Shown: in pieces, positions 25,676 through 34,854 of the stretch
Position numbering within the stretch: the first letter of the stretch is position 1
Layout: each line of letters starts with the position of its first letter
IMG/VR virus record: IMGVR_UViG_3300044840_000038
Coordinates: 1-39,778 of that record
Source: a virus
Taxonomy: Duplodnaviria > Caudoviricetes
Strand: one strand, 5' to 3'
Length of the DNA: 39,778 nucleotides
Made by a program: the position numbers and the translations under genes
The notes under the pieces: generated by a model
Told to the model about the DNA's origin: nothing
The model's database searches: none
The model's input: the letters and a program-made list of their open reading frames with translations, nothing else

Positions 25676-26485
25676 ATGGAAGACAAAACCATAACCGCTC
25701 CTGACCAAAGTACTGGCGGAATTAACGGTATTGCAGTAGACGCCTCAGGGCGTGCGCTGGCAGTAGACGAAACTCCACAACCAACTACCACGTCAGACCA
25801 AGGAGCGGCGGAGACGCCAACCGTTACTGAAAATCAACAGGGATCTTCAGCAGACGACGTTACGAACGAAACAAGTAATACTAGTAGTAACGAGATAACC
25901 CTACAGATAGATGAAGATCTAGCGAAGTGGGCTAGCAATAAAGGAGTTTCTATTACATCAGACAGTGAGCGCAAGCTTGCCGAGATGGCCTTAAACTCTG
26001 AAAAAGCCATGCACACCAAAGCTAGTGAAGCCTCTACGCTTCAAAAGTCAGTCACCGCCCAAGCTCCTGAGCTTAATGGTACGGACATCGATAACCTCAA
26101 GGCCGAAATCCAGTCCCTTAAGCTAGAACAGGATGTGCGTAACTTCTACCAGGACAACCCTGACGCGAAGTTGATGGATGCCGAACTCAGCAAATTAGTT
26201 GAGGAACGCCCTCATTTGGCCTATGACCTAGAAGCCCTGTATGCGGTCGCCAAGTTCAAGAACTCTTCGAAAGACGCCGCGGCTTTAAAGCAGGACGGCG
26301 GTCGAGAAGCCTTGGAATCACTCGCCAATAAACAGCGAGCAGCGGTTGCGAGTGGTAATGCCACCACCAACCAAACCTCCGCCTCACGAATCACTCCACA
26401 GAATGTTGATGCTCTAGTAGGTGCAAACAGCCAAGAATGGTACATGGAGCACCGTGATGAAATCAACAAAGCTATGGAAGCTTAA
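25676..26485 (+). CDS. Capsid scaffolding protein
   Basis: Acidic disordered N-terminus, coiled coil; directly before the capsid gene. Confidence 0.75.
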   Translation: MEDKTITAPDQSTGGINGIAVDASGRALAVDETPQPTTTSDQGAAETPTVTENQQGSSADDVTNETSNTSSNEITLQIDEDLAKWASNKGVSITSDSERKLAEMALNSEKAMHTKASEASTLQKSVTAQAPELNGTDIDNLKAEIQSLKLEQDVRNFYQDNPDAKLMDAELSKLVEERPHLAYDLEALYAVAKFKNSSKDAAALKQDGGREALESLANKQRAAVASGNATTNQTSASRITPQNVDALVGANSQEWYMEHRDEINKAMEA

Positions 26486-26532
26486 AAAGCTTTAAACAAC
26501 CTAACATTTAACTACTATAAGGAGTCATTAAC

Positions 26533-27411
26533 ATGGCTAACCCCGTAACAGGTGCTTACGGTAGCGGCAATGTTAACGTTTCAGCAACTCCGTCTTCAGT
26601 ATTTCGTCCTAACGTATGGGCGAGCGAAGTCCTCATGTTCGTTAAAGCGAACCTGGTTCTCGTTCCGCTGGTGCGCCACTACGATACCGAAGTGCAGAGT
26701 TACGGTCAGACCGTTGAAATCCCTAACGTTTCAACTATCTCAGCCAATGCGAAGAGCGCTAACACCCTCGTTACCCTCAACTACAACACCGAAACTAAAA
26801 CCACCATTACCCTAAACCAACACTACGAGAGTTCCTTCCTGCTGGAAGACTTCGTCTCGGTCCAAAGTAAGTACGATTTGCGAAGTGCTTACACTCAGGC
26901 CGCTGCCTATGCGATTTCAGCCAAGATTGACAGCTTTGTAGCTACCACTATGACCACCGCCTTTACGGCATACGGTGCATTTGGTACCGCCATTGCCGAC
27001 TCAATCGTGTTGGTGATCAACCGCTATCTGGACGACAACAAAGCTCCCGGAGCTGATCGCTCACTAGTTGTTACACCTCAGGGCAAGCAAGAGATGCTCA
27101 ATATCGATAAGTACATCCGCTACGATGCCATTGGTGTCGGTGGGGACCAAAACTCGATCATGAGCGGTCAGATTGGTGAAATCTACGGCGTTAAGGTCTA
27201 CATGAGCCAGAACCTAGTTCAGCTCGCGACCGCAACTCCGCAGAACTCCCATCTGTTCTTCCACAAAGAAGCGTTCGCCATTGCGATCCAGCAAAACGCA
27301 CGCACCCAGGCCCAGTACAAGCAGGAGTATCTTGGTTGGTTGGTTACTGTCGACATTCTGTTCGGCGGTACCACCCTTCGAAGTGGCTTCGGCTTCGTCA
27401 TCAAGTCATAA
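26533..27411 (+). CDS. Major capsid protein (HK97 fold)
   Basis: F.P.VWA.E, G.TV.IP, A.AI...ID, G.IG.IYG..V..S.N, D.LFG...LR; strong TAAGGAG RBS. Confidence 0.9.
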   Translation: MANPVTGAYGSGNVNVSATPSSVFRPNVWASEVLMFVKANLVLVPLVRHYDTEVQSYGQTVEIPNVSTISANAKSANTLVTLNYNTETKTTITLNQHYESSFLLEDFVSVQSKYDLRSAYTQAAAYAISAKIDSFVATTMTTAFTAYGAFGTAIADSIVLVINRYLDDNKAPGADRSLVVTPQGKQEMLNIDKYIRYDAIGVGGDQNSIMSGQIGEIYGVKVYMSQNLVQLATATPQNSHLFFHKEAFAIAIQQNARTQAQYKQEYLGWLVTVDILFGGTTLRSGFGFVIKS

Positions 27412-27417
27412 GACTCT

Positions 27418-27435
27418 TCTCGGCTTCGGCCGAGA
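27418..27435 (+). terminator. C(UUCG)G hairpin after the capsid gene
   Basis: TCTCGGC-TTCG-GCCGAGA; no U-tract. Confidence 0.55.
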
Positions 27436-27457
27436 TGCTATAATACTTAAAAGGGAT
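27436..27457 (+). promoter_or_regulatory. Extended -10 promoter with a GGGAT variant
   Basis: TGC-TATAAT(27439-44), 8 nt, GGGAT. Confidence 0.55.
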
Positions 27458-27463
27458 ACTCTG

Positions 27464-27655
27464 ATGGCAGCAACAATCGTTCAAACGGTCTACGACTCCG
27501 AGAAGCTAATTGAAGACAAGGTCCGCGGGCTACCAGCTAACCAAGGGCTAAACAACAACGCCATGTGGATAAAGATTGACACCGAGATTGCTCAGTCCAA
27601 GACCGATAGCAAGTTCTACCCTGCCACGGCACGACAGGACAAGCACGGTAATTAG
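27464..27655 (+). CDS. 63-aa hypothetical protein
   Basis: ATG at 27464 after the promoter and AAGGGA. Confidence 0.65.
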   Translation: MAATIVQTVYDSEKLIEDKVRGLPANQGLNNNAMWIKIDTEIAQSKTDSKFYPATARQDKHGN

Positions 27656-27666
27656 GTAGGGGCCTC

Positions 27667-27714
27667 TTGCTTTCCTCTAGCATAAGTTGTATTATCGAGA
27701 TATAAGAAAGGGCG
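27667..27714 (+). promoter_or_regulatory. Putative promoter of the glycan operon, followed by AAAGGGCG
   Basis: TTGCTT, 17 nt, TATTAT(27690-95); AAAGGGCG at 27707-14. Confidence 0.5.
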
Positions 27715-27717
27715 ATC

Positions 27718-28044
27718 ATGTCTTTAATCTCTCCAAGCTCTCCACTAAAACAAGACCAAGCTTATGCCAAAGAGCTGAAGCTGGTGGATGATCTGACGGT
27801 TAATCAGAAACTTATCCTGGTTAATGCCCAGATCGATGAGTTCAAGAAGGTAATCTTCCGCAATCGTATCGATATTCTGCTCTCAACCAACCTACTTAAG
27901 AGTGAGGACCACATGCTGGCCTCTAAGGGTGCTGAGAATGACCGTAACTTCCGCTTTCAGGCCCGCCAGATGGCTGAAGGCCTTGGGACTTTGATCCAAC
28001 TGCGCGATGAGCTAGATAAACTCGCAGAGAAAGAAGCTGCCTAA
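27718..28044 (+). CDS. Helical hypothetical protein heading the glycan operon
   Basis: 108-aa ORF. Confidence 0.7.
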   Translation: MSLISPSSPLKQDQAYAKELKLVDDLTVNQKLILVNAQIDEFKKVIFRNRIDILLSTNLLKSEDHMLASKGAENDRNFRFQARQMAEGLGTLIQLRDELDKLAEKEAA

Positions 28045-28050
28045 ACTACT

Positions 28051-28839
28051 ATGGGCGAGAAGCTGGCCGTTGTAGTGCCGTCGCGTGGTCTCATCTTCAG
28101 CGAGACCTACGAGGAGCTGCTGCGTGAGTTAGAGGGAATTGAGCATGAGCTATTCTTCGCTCATGGGTTGCCAATTCCGCAATGCTTCGAGGAGCCAACC
28201 GACCGTGCTCTAGCTGACCCGGAAGTGTTTGCAATTCTCTACTGCGAGGATGACATGATCCTCCCTCGAGGTGGAATCAGAGAGATGTTCGCTCAAAACT
28301 ACCCGGTGGTAGCGTATGATTACCCCTTTAAAAGTAATGGTGACTCAACTATGCTGCATGACCCGGAAGGTAATGCCTACTGGTCGGGGTGTGGCTTATT
28401 ATTAGTTGCTCGGACGGTCTTAGAACAGATGCAGAAGCCGATCTGGCGCACCGACACCACCTGGGATGTGCTAATTAAGAACACGCGAATCATGTTCTGG
28501 CCGCGTAAGTTAAAGATGGTAGCCTACGGCCTCCAAGATGTGAACTTTGGCATGTTGTTATATTCTGCTGGTGTCCCAATTAGCCCGATGGAACGTACCG
28601 CTGGCCAAAGGAAGCTAACCAAGTACGTGCGCAATCCCAAGCGACCGCATGAAATCAAGGAGTTAACCCGGGTTGGTCGTGATCTGGTCATCAAGACGAT
28701 GGACTACGACAAGATCCAACGCTTCAAGAAGGTGCTCGCGACCGTTGGGAGTGCGGAGATTATGGATCATATCCCGGATTTTGTGGGGTATCGTGATGGG
28801 CAAGCCTACATTAAAGATCAGGACTACGAGACGGTATGA
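28051..28839 (+). CDS. GT-A fold glycosyltransferase, paralogue 1
   Basis: AVVVPSRG, EDDM (DxD-like), GCGLLLV...V, QDVNFG. Confidence 0.75.
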   Translation: MGEKLAVVVPSRGLIFSETYEELLRELEGIEHELFFAHGLPIPQCFEEPTDRALADPEVFAILYCEDDMILPRGGIREMFAQNYPVVAYDYPFKSNGDSTMLHDPEGNAYWSGCGLLLVARTVLEQMQKPIWRTDTTWDVLIKNTRIMFWPRKLKMVAYGLQDVNFGMLLYSAGVPISPMERTAGQRKLTKYVRNPKRPHEIKELTRVGRDLVIKTMDYDKIQRFKKVLATVGSAEIMDHIPDFVGYRDGQAYIKDQDYETV

Positions 28840-29657
28840 AAATAGCCGTTATTTTGCCTAGTCGAGGGATGATCTTCAGCCAAACGGCTGAGGAAATCTT
28901 ACAGAACCTTAAGGGGCTGCCCTACCGTTTCTTTTTCTCACATAAGCAGCCGATCCCACGCTGTTTCGAACAACCGACCGTACTCGCCTTAAAAGACCCG
29001 GAGATTACCCATCTGTGGTTCGTGGAGGATGACATGATCCTCAGCCCGGAGACCTTAACCGAGCTACTAAAAGCTAACGTTGAAGCGATCACTTGTGATT
29101 ATCCAGTTTCAGCTGCGGGTCAGGGAGCGGTGTTTCTGGATGAGAAGAACAAGGTAGTGTTCTCCGGCACCGGCTGTCTCCTAGTGAAGCGTGAAGTCTT
29201 TGATCGCCTGACACGGCCTTACTTTAGAAGTGATATTCACTGGGGTGCTACCTACTACGGTTCTTATATTCGCATGACCACCTCTATTAGTGGTCGAGGG
29301 CTTAGTGATTATGGGCTTCATGATGTAACCTTTGGCATAAAGCTGTATGTATCGAAGAGCCCAATCAAACTCTCACCGATTAGGTGTGGGCAGCGTAAAC
29401 TTAAGGCCATGGGCAAGTCCGGTACTAATCACGGAGCGCATCAGATCGATGAATGGACCGAGATTGTCCCGCATTACCTTCGAAAGCACATTGAGAAAGC
29501 CGATCCGCTCCCGACTGGAGAGTTAGTTACCATTGCTACCCCAAATGGAGAGGTGGAGACCGATAGAGTTCACGCCGCTAAGCTGATTGAGGCAGGGTTA
29601 GCGATTAAAGCCGAGGAGCGTTACATCGTGATTGACGATACGGCCAACTTGTTATGA
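28836..29657 (+). CDS. GT-A fold glycosyltransferase, paralogue 2
   Basis: AVILPSRG, WFVEDDM, GTGCLLVKREVF, HDVTFG. Confidence 0.78.
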   Translation: MKIAVILPSRGMIFSQTAEEILQNLKGLPYRFFFSHKQPIPRCFEQPTVLALKDPEITHLWFVEDDMILSPETLTELLKANVEAITCDYPVSAAGQGAVFLDEKNKVVFSGTGCLLVKREVFDRLTRPYFRSDIHWGATYYGSYIRMTTSISGRGLSDYGLHDVTFGIKLYVSKSPIKLSPIRCGQRKLKAMGKSGTNHGAHQIDEWTEIVPHYLRKHIEKADPLPTGELVTIATPNGEVETDRVHAAKLIEAGLAIKAEERYIVIDDTANLL

Positions 29658-29830
29658 AGTTTGAGTATGAATTGAAGACCCACCCAGAGCATGGAGAATA
29701 CCATTACTTCACAGCTAAATTAAAAGATGGGGAAGAGTACTACTCATTAGCTGAGAAGAAGTTTCTTTCCTATAAAGAAGCAAAACATTATTGTCAGAAG
29801 GCTCTACTCGATAAGGAGAAGGAATTATGA
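29654..29830 (+). CDS. 58-aa hypothetical protein
   Basis: Hand-translated MKFEYELKTH...KEKEL; ATGA overlaps at both ends. Confidence 0.65.
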   Translation: MKFEYELKTHPEHGEYHYFTAKLKDGEEYYSLAEKKFLSYKEAKHYCQKALLDKEKEL

Positions 29831-30549
29831 AACTCCTTATCTGTATGATCACCTATAACCGGTTGGAATATACCAAGCGCACTTTAGACTACTTGTTAGA
29901 CACTATAAAGGTGCCTCACTATATCATTGTGGTAGATAACCACTCAACTGATGGGACTAAGCTGTGGCTAGCCGAGCAGAAATCATCCGGGAGGATTGAT
30001 CGCATCGTCCTGAACCAACAGAACTACTACCCCGGTCGCGCTACCAACTCCGGTTGGGCCATTGGAGCCTTCAAGTACCCTAAGGCTACTCACTTCATGC
30101 GGCTGGATAATGATTTCGTATTCTTGCCGGGCTGGGACGCCGCCGTAGAGAAGGCCTTTGATAAGATCCCAACGCTCGGACAGGTAGGCTTAGATTATTC
30201 GGCAATTGATACTCCCCTGGCAGACGGGTATGAGTTCACCTTAAATGGGATCACCCTGAACAAGTTCCCGGGTAATGTCGGTGGGACCAGTGTTATACAT
30301 CGTCGGGTCTGGGATACAGGATTACGCTATGATGAACGCCCGTGGGAGAAGAATGGCGTGGGGATTCATACGATTCAGGAGGATTATCGCTTCAGCCGGG
30401 ACGTTATTAACTCCGGACTTTTGGTGGGGCATTTAACCGAAAAGGTGGCTTACACCTTCGCCGATGAGTCGAACTGGTTAGACTACCCCGAATACTACAA
30501 GAAGACGATGTTCGAACGCGGTTACGACGATCTGCTGGATAAGCTATGA
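29827..30549 (+). CDS. Glycosyltransferase family 2
   Basis: ITYNR, IIVVDNHSTDGT, LDND, ED..F. Confidence 0.88.
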   Translation: MKLLICMITYNRLEYTKRTLDYLLDTIKVPHYIIVVDNHSTDGTKLWLAEQKSSGRIDRIVLNQQNYYPGRATNSGWAIGAFKYPKATHFMRLDNDFVFLPGWDAAVEKAFDKIPTLGQVGLDYSAIDTPLADGYEFTLNGITLNKFPGNVGGTSVIHRRVWDTGLRYDERPWEKNGVGIHTIQEDYRFSRDVINSGLLVGHLTEKVAYTFADESNWLDYPEYYKKTMFERGYDDLLDKL

Positions 30550-31448
30550 AGATCCTTATTACTGGTGGGACCGGATCATTTGGTTCAACCTTTGCTAATA
30601 AATACCATTTAGAACATGAGATTACTGTCTTTAGCCGTGACGAGACCAAGCAATACGAGATGAGGCAAAAACTTCCCGCCATTAACTACCAGATAGGGGA
30701 CATTCGCGACCGGCAAAGACTAGATGAAGTCATGAAGGGCCAAGATTACGTTTTCCACGCCGCAGCCTTAAAACAAGTGCCTAGCTGCGAGTTCTTCCCT
30801 CTAGAAGCTGTTAAAACTAACATTTTAGGCACTGATCATGTACTAGACGCGGCTAAAGCTAATAGAGTTAAAAGAGTAGTCTGCCTATCTACCGATAAGG
30901 CCGTGTACCCCATTAATGCGATGGGAGTTTCTAAGGCTATGATGGAGAAAATAGCCATTTCTAAGGGAGCTATTATAACGAGATATGGTAATGTGATGCG
31001 GTCACGGGGATCTATTATCCCAATCTGGGAGAATGCCACGAGGGTTGGCGAGCCGATCCAACTAACAAATCCCAAGATGACTCGGTTTTTACTCTCGTTA
31101 GAGGATTCTATATCTCTGGTAATGTTCGCCCTCAAGTACGGATCTGCAGGCGATATATTCGTAAAGAAAGCCCCGGCTTGCACGATGGAGACTCTCGCCA
31201 AAGCTATTAGTGATGACATTAAGATAATCGGAACTCGTCATGGGGAAAAAGTCCATGAAACTCTTATCTCTGAAGAAGAGATGTACCGCACGCAAGATAT
31301 GGGTGGATATTATCGAGTCAAACCTGACAGTCGAGACATGAACTATGATAAGTTCTTTACTTCAGGGGAAAAGCTTACCGACAACCCCTACACTTCTGAG
31401 AACACCACTCGGTTAGATCTAGCTCAGACCAAGGAGCTATTAAAATGA
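30546..31448 (+). CDS. fnlA: UDP-GlcNAc 4,6-dehydratase/5-epimerase (FnlA/CapE/WbjB type)
   Basis: TGGTGSFG, HAAALKQVPSCEFFP, STDKAVYPINAMGVSK (MxxxK), RYGNV, GTRHGEK. Confidence 0.9.
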   Translation: MKILITGGTGSFGSTFANKYHLEHEITVFSRDETKQYEMRQKLPAINYQIGDIRDRQRLDEVMKGQDYVFHAAALKQVPSCEFFPLEAVKTNILGTDHVLDAAKANRVKRVVCLSTDKAVYPINAMGVSKAMMEKIAISKGAIITRYGNVMRSRGSIIPIWENATRVGEPIQLTNPKMTRFLLSLEDSISLVMFALKYGSAGDIFVKKAPACTMETLAKAISDDIKIIGTRHGEKVHETLISEEEMYRTQDMGGYYRVKPDSRDMNYDKFFTSGEKLTDNPYTSENTTRLDLAQTKELLK

Positions 31449-32206
31449 TTATTCTTGGTGGTACGGGGATGCTTGGCAGCATGATGGTCAAAGTTACGGG
31501 CTCCCCTGGGACCATCAGGGCAGCGGTCAACGCTGAGATGCCGGAACCAAAGTGGTTTGAAAATAGAGATAGGATGGTCAATTGCATCGGGCTGATTAAG
31601 CCTTACTGTGAGGATCCAGGGAAAGCTATTAGAGTAAATGCTTTATTCCCTCATTATCTTCCCGCAGGGTCTATCCAGATTGCTACCGACTGTGTCTACT
31701 CCGGTCAAGACGGACTTTACATTGAGACTGATCCTCATGACGCGCTAGATGTATATGGCAAGACCAAGAGCTTAGGAGAAGCCCCCCATCTTAATAATCT
31801 TAGATGCTCAGTCATTGGGCCAGAAGAGAAGAACCATCTCTCATTACTTGACTGGTTCTTGAGTCAAGAAGACACCGTTAACGGGTTTACTAACCACTTT
31901 TGGAATGGTGTGACTAGTTACCACTTCGCCAAGATAGTCGAAGGTATCATTCGAGAGAATATCCAGTTGCCGGTATTGCAGCACATTATTCCGGCCGATA
32001 GCGTGACTAAGTCTGAGCTTTTGCAGATCATTGCTACAGTGTATAAAAAAGACATCACCATCCGAGAGGTTGAAACTCCAACGGTTGTTAACCGGACTCT
32101 GGCCACCACCAATCCAGCCTTGAATTTAAGACTGTGGCGTGCCGCTGGCTATGACCAGCCGCCAACTATCGAACAGATGGTAAAGGAGTTGTCATTAAAG
32201 TCGTAA
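31445..32206 (+). CDS. RmlD-like NDP-4-keto-sugar reductase (QnlA/WbvR-like)
   Basis: GGTGMLG, NCIG.IK, TDCVYSG, YGKTK.LGE; 253 aa, too short for a cupin domain. Confidence 0.8.
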   Translation: MIILGGTGMLGSMMVKVTGSPGTIRAAVNAEMPEPKWFENRDRMVNCIGLIKPYCEDPGKAIRVNALFPHYLPAGSIQIATDCVYSGQDGLYIETDPHDALDVYGKTKSLGEAPHLNNLRCSVIGPEEKNHLSLLDWFLSQEDTVNGFTNHFWNGVTSYHFAKIVEGIIRENIQLPVLQHIIPADSVTKSELLQIIATVYKKDITIREVETPTVVNRTLATTNPALNLRLWRAAGYDQPPTIEQMVKELSLKS

Positions 32207-33228
32207 CTCTGCTCGGAACCCGCCCGGAACTGATTCGGCTGTCTCTGATCATCCCAGAGCTGGATCAGCTCTGCAAGCATATCTTGGTCCATACCGGCCA
32301 GAACTATGATGACAAGCTGAGCAAGATCTTCTTTGATGAACTGGATATTCGCAAGCCAGATTACCAGCTCGAGATGACCGGTAGCTTTGGTGGCCAATTA
32401 ACCAAACTTATGTGGAAGTTTGAAGCCATCCTTGAATATGAGAAACCCGATGCACTACTAGTCCTAGGAGATACCAACTCCGCCTTAGGAGTAATCATCG
32501 CCAAACGACTTGGCATAAGAGTCTTTCATATGGAAGCCGGTAATCGCTGTTATGATGACCGCGTTCCCGAAGAAACCAACCGGCGCATTATCGACCACTC
32601 TTCTGATATTCTCTTGCCGTACACTGAACGTAGTCGCCAGAACCTCCTGCGGGAAGGCATTGAGAGCCAACGGATTTATGTTACCGGCAACCCAATCAAT
32701 GAGGTTCTCGACTGTGTCCATCGAGGGCCCGTTCAAGAGCCGCAGTTTGTAGTAACCCTCCATCGAAGTGAAAATGTTGATAACCCAGTTAGGTTAGCGA
32801 AGTTTATTGAGGCTTTCGAACGGATAGTATTAGAACACCAACTGCCCTTAATTTGGCCGGTACACCCTCATGCTAGACAACCCCTAGAGGAATACACCCT
32901 TCATCCCTTAATTAAACTGGTAGACCCGATGGGTTTTGTAGAATTCACTGATTATGAGCGTGACGCTTATGTCGTGTTGACTGATTCCGGTACGGTGCAG
33001 GAAGAGTGCGCTATATTCGGAGTTCCGGTAGTTACGTTACGAGATTCAACTGAACGCCCCGAGACTATTGAGGTGGGATGCAATTTTATATCAGGGTGCG
33101 AGCCTACTGACATTTTGCGGGGCATAAAAACAGTACTAGAGACCAACATGGGCAAACCACCGGTAGAGTATTTGGCTACTAGTGTTAGTAATACTGTGGT
33201 GAGAATAATATTAAGTTATTGGAGATGA
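32194..33228 (+). CDS. UDP-HexNAc 2-epimerase, non-hydrolysing (FnlC/QnlB/WbjD type); probable ATT start
   Basis: In-frame KVVTLLGTRPE upstream of the ORF-track start; HTGQNYD, GDTNS, HMEAGNR, TDSGTVQEE, TERPE. Confidence 0.85.
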   Translation: MKVVTLLGTRPELIRLSLIIPELDQLCKHILVHTGQNYDDKLSKIFFDELDIRKPDYQLEMTGSFGGQLTKLMWKFEAILEYEKPDALLVLGDTNSALGVIIAKRLGIRVFHMEAGNRCYDDRVPEETNRRIIDHSSDILLPYTERSRQNLLREGIESQRIYVTGNPINEVLDCVHRGPVQEPQFVVTLHRSENVDNPVRLAKFIEAFERIVLEHQLPLIWPVHPHARQPLEEYTLHPLIKLVDPMGFVEFTDYERDAYVVLTDSGTVQEECAIFGVPVVTLRDSTERPETIEVGCNFISGCEPTDILRGIKTVLETNMGKPPVEYLATSVSNTVVRIILSYWR

Positions 33229-33229
33229 A

Positions 33230-33769
33230 ATGAATCCGTATAGTTATATCAAAGATGCCACCGAGAATGGGGAGAGTTTGCTTTCTCTATGTTGTGGGAT
33301 CGGGTTAGAGTTACAGGGCCTTAAGACCCAGGATATTACAGCCGTGGATATTGCCCCGCAGTATTTGGAGGCGCTGCATAAGGGCTACCCTGATATTAAG
33401 ACGGTCCTAAGTGACTCCTTGGAGTATCTCAAGGCTCAACCCACCAACTCAGTCGATGTTATTAGTATCATTGACGGCATTGAACACATGGATAAAAGGG
33501 TTGGTCTTAAACTGATTAAACAGATGAAGCGCGTTGCCCGGCAGAAGATCCTCTTGTTTACGCCTCAAGGCAACTCAGATAATGGTTACCTGCGCAATGA
33601 ACCCCATGACGCCTGGGGGATCAGCGGAGCCGATGAGTACCAGACCCATAGGAGCGGCTGGACGCTGCAGGAGCTACAGAAACTCGGGTTTACGTTACTT
33701 CTATCAACTGAGGGTGTCTCACAACACGGAGAGCCTTATACGGCTTTGATGGTAGAATGTTCAGTCTAA
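33230..33769 (+). CDS. Class I SAM-dependent methyltransferase
   Basis: LLSLCCGIG, AVDI, D.IEH, FTP.G. Confidence 0.8.
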   Translation: MNPYSYIKDATENGESLLSLCCGIGLELQGLKTQDITAVDIAPQYLEALHKGYPDIKTVLSDSLEYLKAQPTNSVDVISIIDGIEHMDKRVGLKLIKQMKRVARQKILLFTPQGNSDNGYLRNEPHDAWGISGADEYQTHRSGWTLQELQKLGFTLLLSTEGVSQHGEPYTALMVECSV

Positions 33770-34443
33770 TCGCTCCGCTTGATGCTAATAGATTAGAACA
33801 GTTCAAGCAGACCAAGGAAGTCTATGATTCCATGTCCGAGGTTAAAGAGTTCATCCTGCCAACCCGGGACTATGATGAGGTAAGTGAGTTTATTAAGCTA
33901 AATGATCTTGGGGATAACGTTAGGCTGATCCCCTACTCTACTGATAAGGGGTTTAACCCGGCCAGAGGCTTTAATATTGGCGTTCGAAAGGCTCGCTATG
34001 GCCAGATTATCATCACCAGCCCGGAGGTTAAACCGCTATCGAATGTCTTGGAGCAGTTCAGCAAGATGATAGGGCAGAATGTGATCGCCCAGGTGTTAGA
34101 TCAGGATGAATCAGCTAATCAAACGGTTTTAGTAAGCCAAGGATACCGTGGGGACTCACCGGCAATGTACTTTCTAGCCATGTTCAATAAGAAAGACATC
34201 GAAACAATCAACGGCTGGGACGAGGAGTTTATGAAGGGCTACGCTTATGAAGATGATGACTTCGGCGCCAGATGGAATCGAGCCAAGCTACCCTTTGTGG
34301 TCTGTGAGGACATCCAGGCCCTACACCTCTACCATCCGCGCAGTGAAACCATCGCTGGAGGGCTGGGGGTTAACTTCATAAGGTACTCTGACAATACCGC
34401 TGCAGGGATTATCCAGCCTCAGCTTGGATTAAAAAAGTTGTAG
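33757..34443 (+). CDS. Glycosyltransferase (GT2 / GT7-C-like)
   Basis: FN.AR.FNIG, INGWDEEF..GY.YEDDDF..R, HLYH. Confidence 0.8.
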   Translation: MFSLIAPLDANRLEQFKQTKEVYDSMSEVKEFILPTRDYDEVSEFIKLNDLGDNVRLIPYSTDKGFNPARGFNIGVRKARYGQIIITSPEVKPLSNVLEQFSKMIGQNVIAQVLDQDESANQTVLVSQGYRGDSPAMYFLAMFNKKDIETINGWDEEFMKGYAYEDDDFGARWNRAKLPFVVCEDIQALHLYHPRSETIAGGLGVNFIRYSDNTAAGIIQPQLGLKKL

Positions 34444-34457
34444 TGCTTCTGGCATGT

Positions 34458-34480
34458 TGGTATACTTTAAGACAAGGGCG
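34458..34480 (+). promoter_or_regulatory. Extended -10 promoter plus GGGCG element (copy 5)
   Basis: TGG-TATACT(34461-66), 9 nt, GGGCG(34476-80), 14 nt, GTG. Confidence 0.6.
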
Positions 34481-34494
34481 CAGAAGGAAGTCAA

Positions 34495-34854
34495 GTGGCT
34501 GAAACTGCATTAGATAATTCGCCAATTAAACGAGTCATAACTGTGGGGCTCGACGGGACACCGACTAGCGCTATTGATCAGAAATCAACCGTTGCCACCA
34601 GATCAAATGTAGCCTCCAGTGCTTCCAGTGTAACCGTTCTGGCTGCTAACACCGCTCGGATCGGCTGCACTATCTATAATGACTCCACCGCCATTCTTTA
34701 TCTAGCTCTTGGAGCTACCACCGCATCAGTAACCAACTATACCGTCCAAATCGCCGCCAATGCCTACTATGAGGTTCCCTTTAATACCACCATGGCCTTA
34801 AGTGGTATCTGGGCGGCCGCTAACGGCTTTGCTCGAGTAACGGAGCTGACCTAA
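34495..34854 (+). CDS. Small beta-sandwich virion decoration/spike-like protein
   Basis: 119 aa; LAAN..R....IYN.S...LY..LG; S/T/A-rich. Confidence 0.55.
   Translation: MAETALDNSPIKRVITVGLDGTPTSAIDQKSTVATRSNVASSASSVTVLAANTARIGCTIYNDSTAILYLALGATTASVTNYTVQIAANAYYEVPFNTTMALSGIWAAANGFARVTELT

Noticed and set aside
28051-34443. Host capsule or O-antigen locus captured by misassembly or as a prophage flank
   Set aside because: The genes are compact, coupled, co-oriented and flanked by phage structural genes in a circular contig; no wzx/wzy or initiating transferase.
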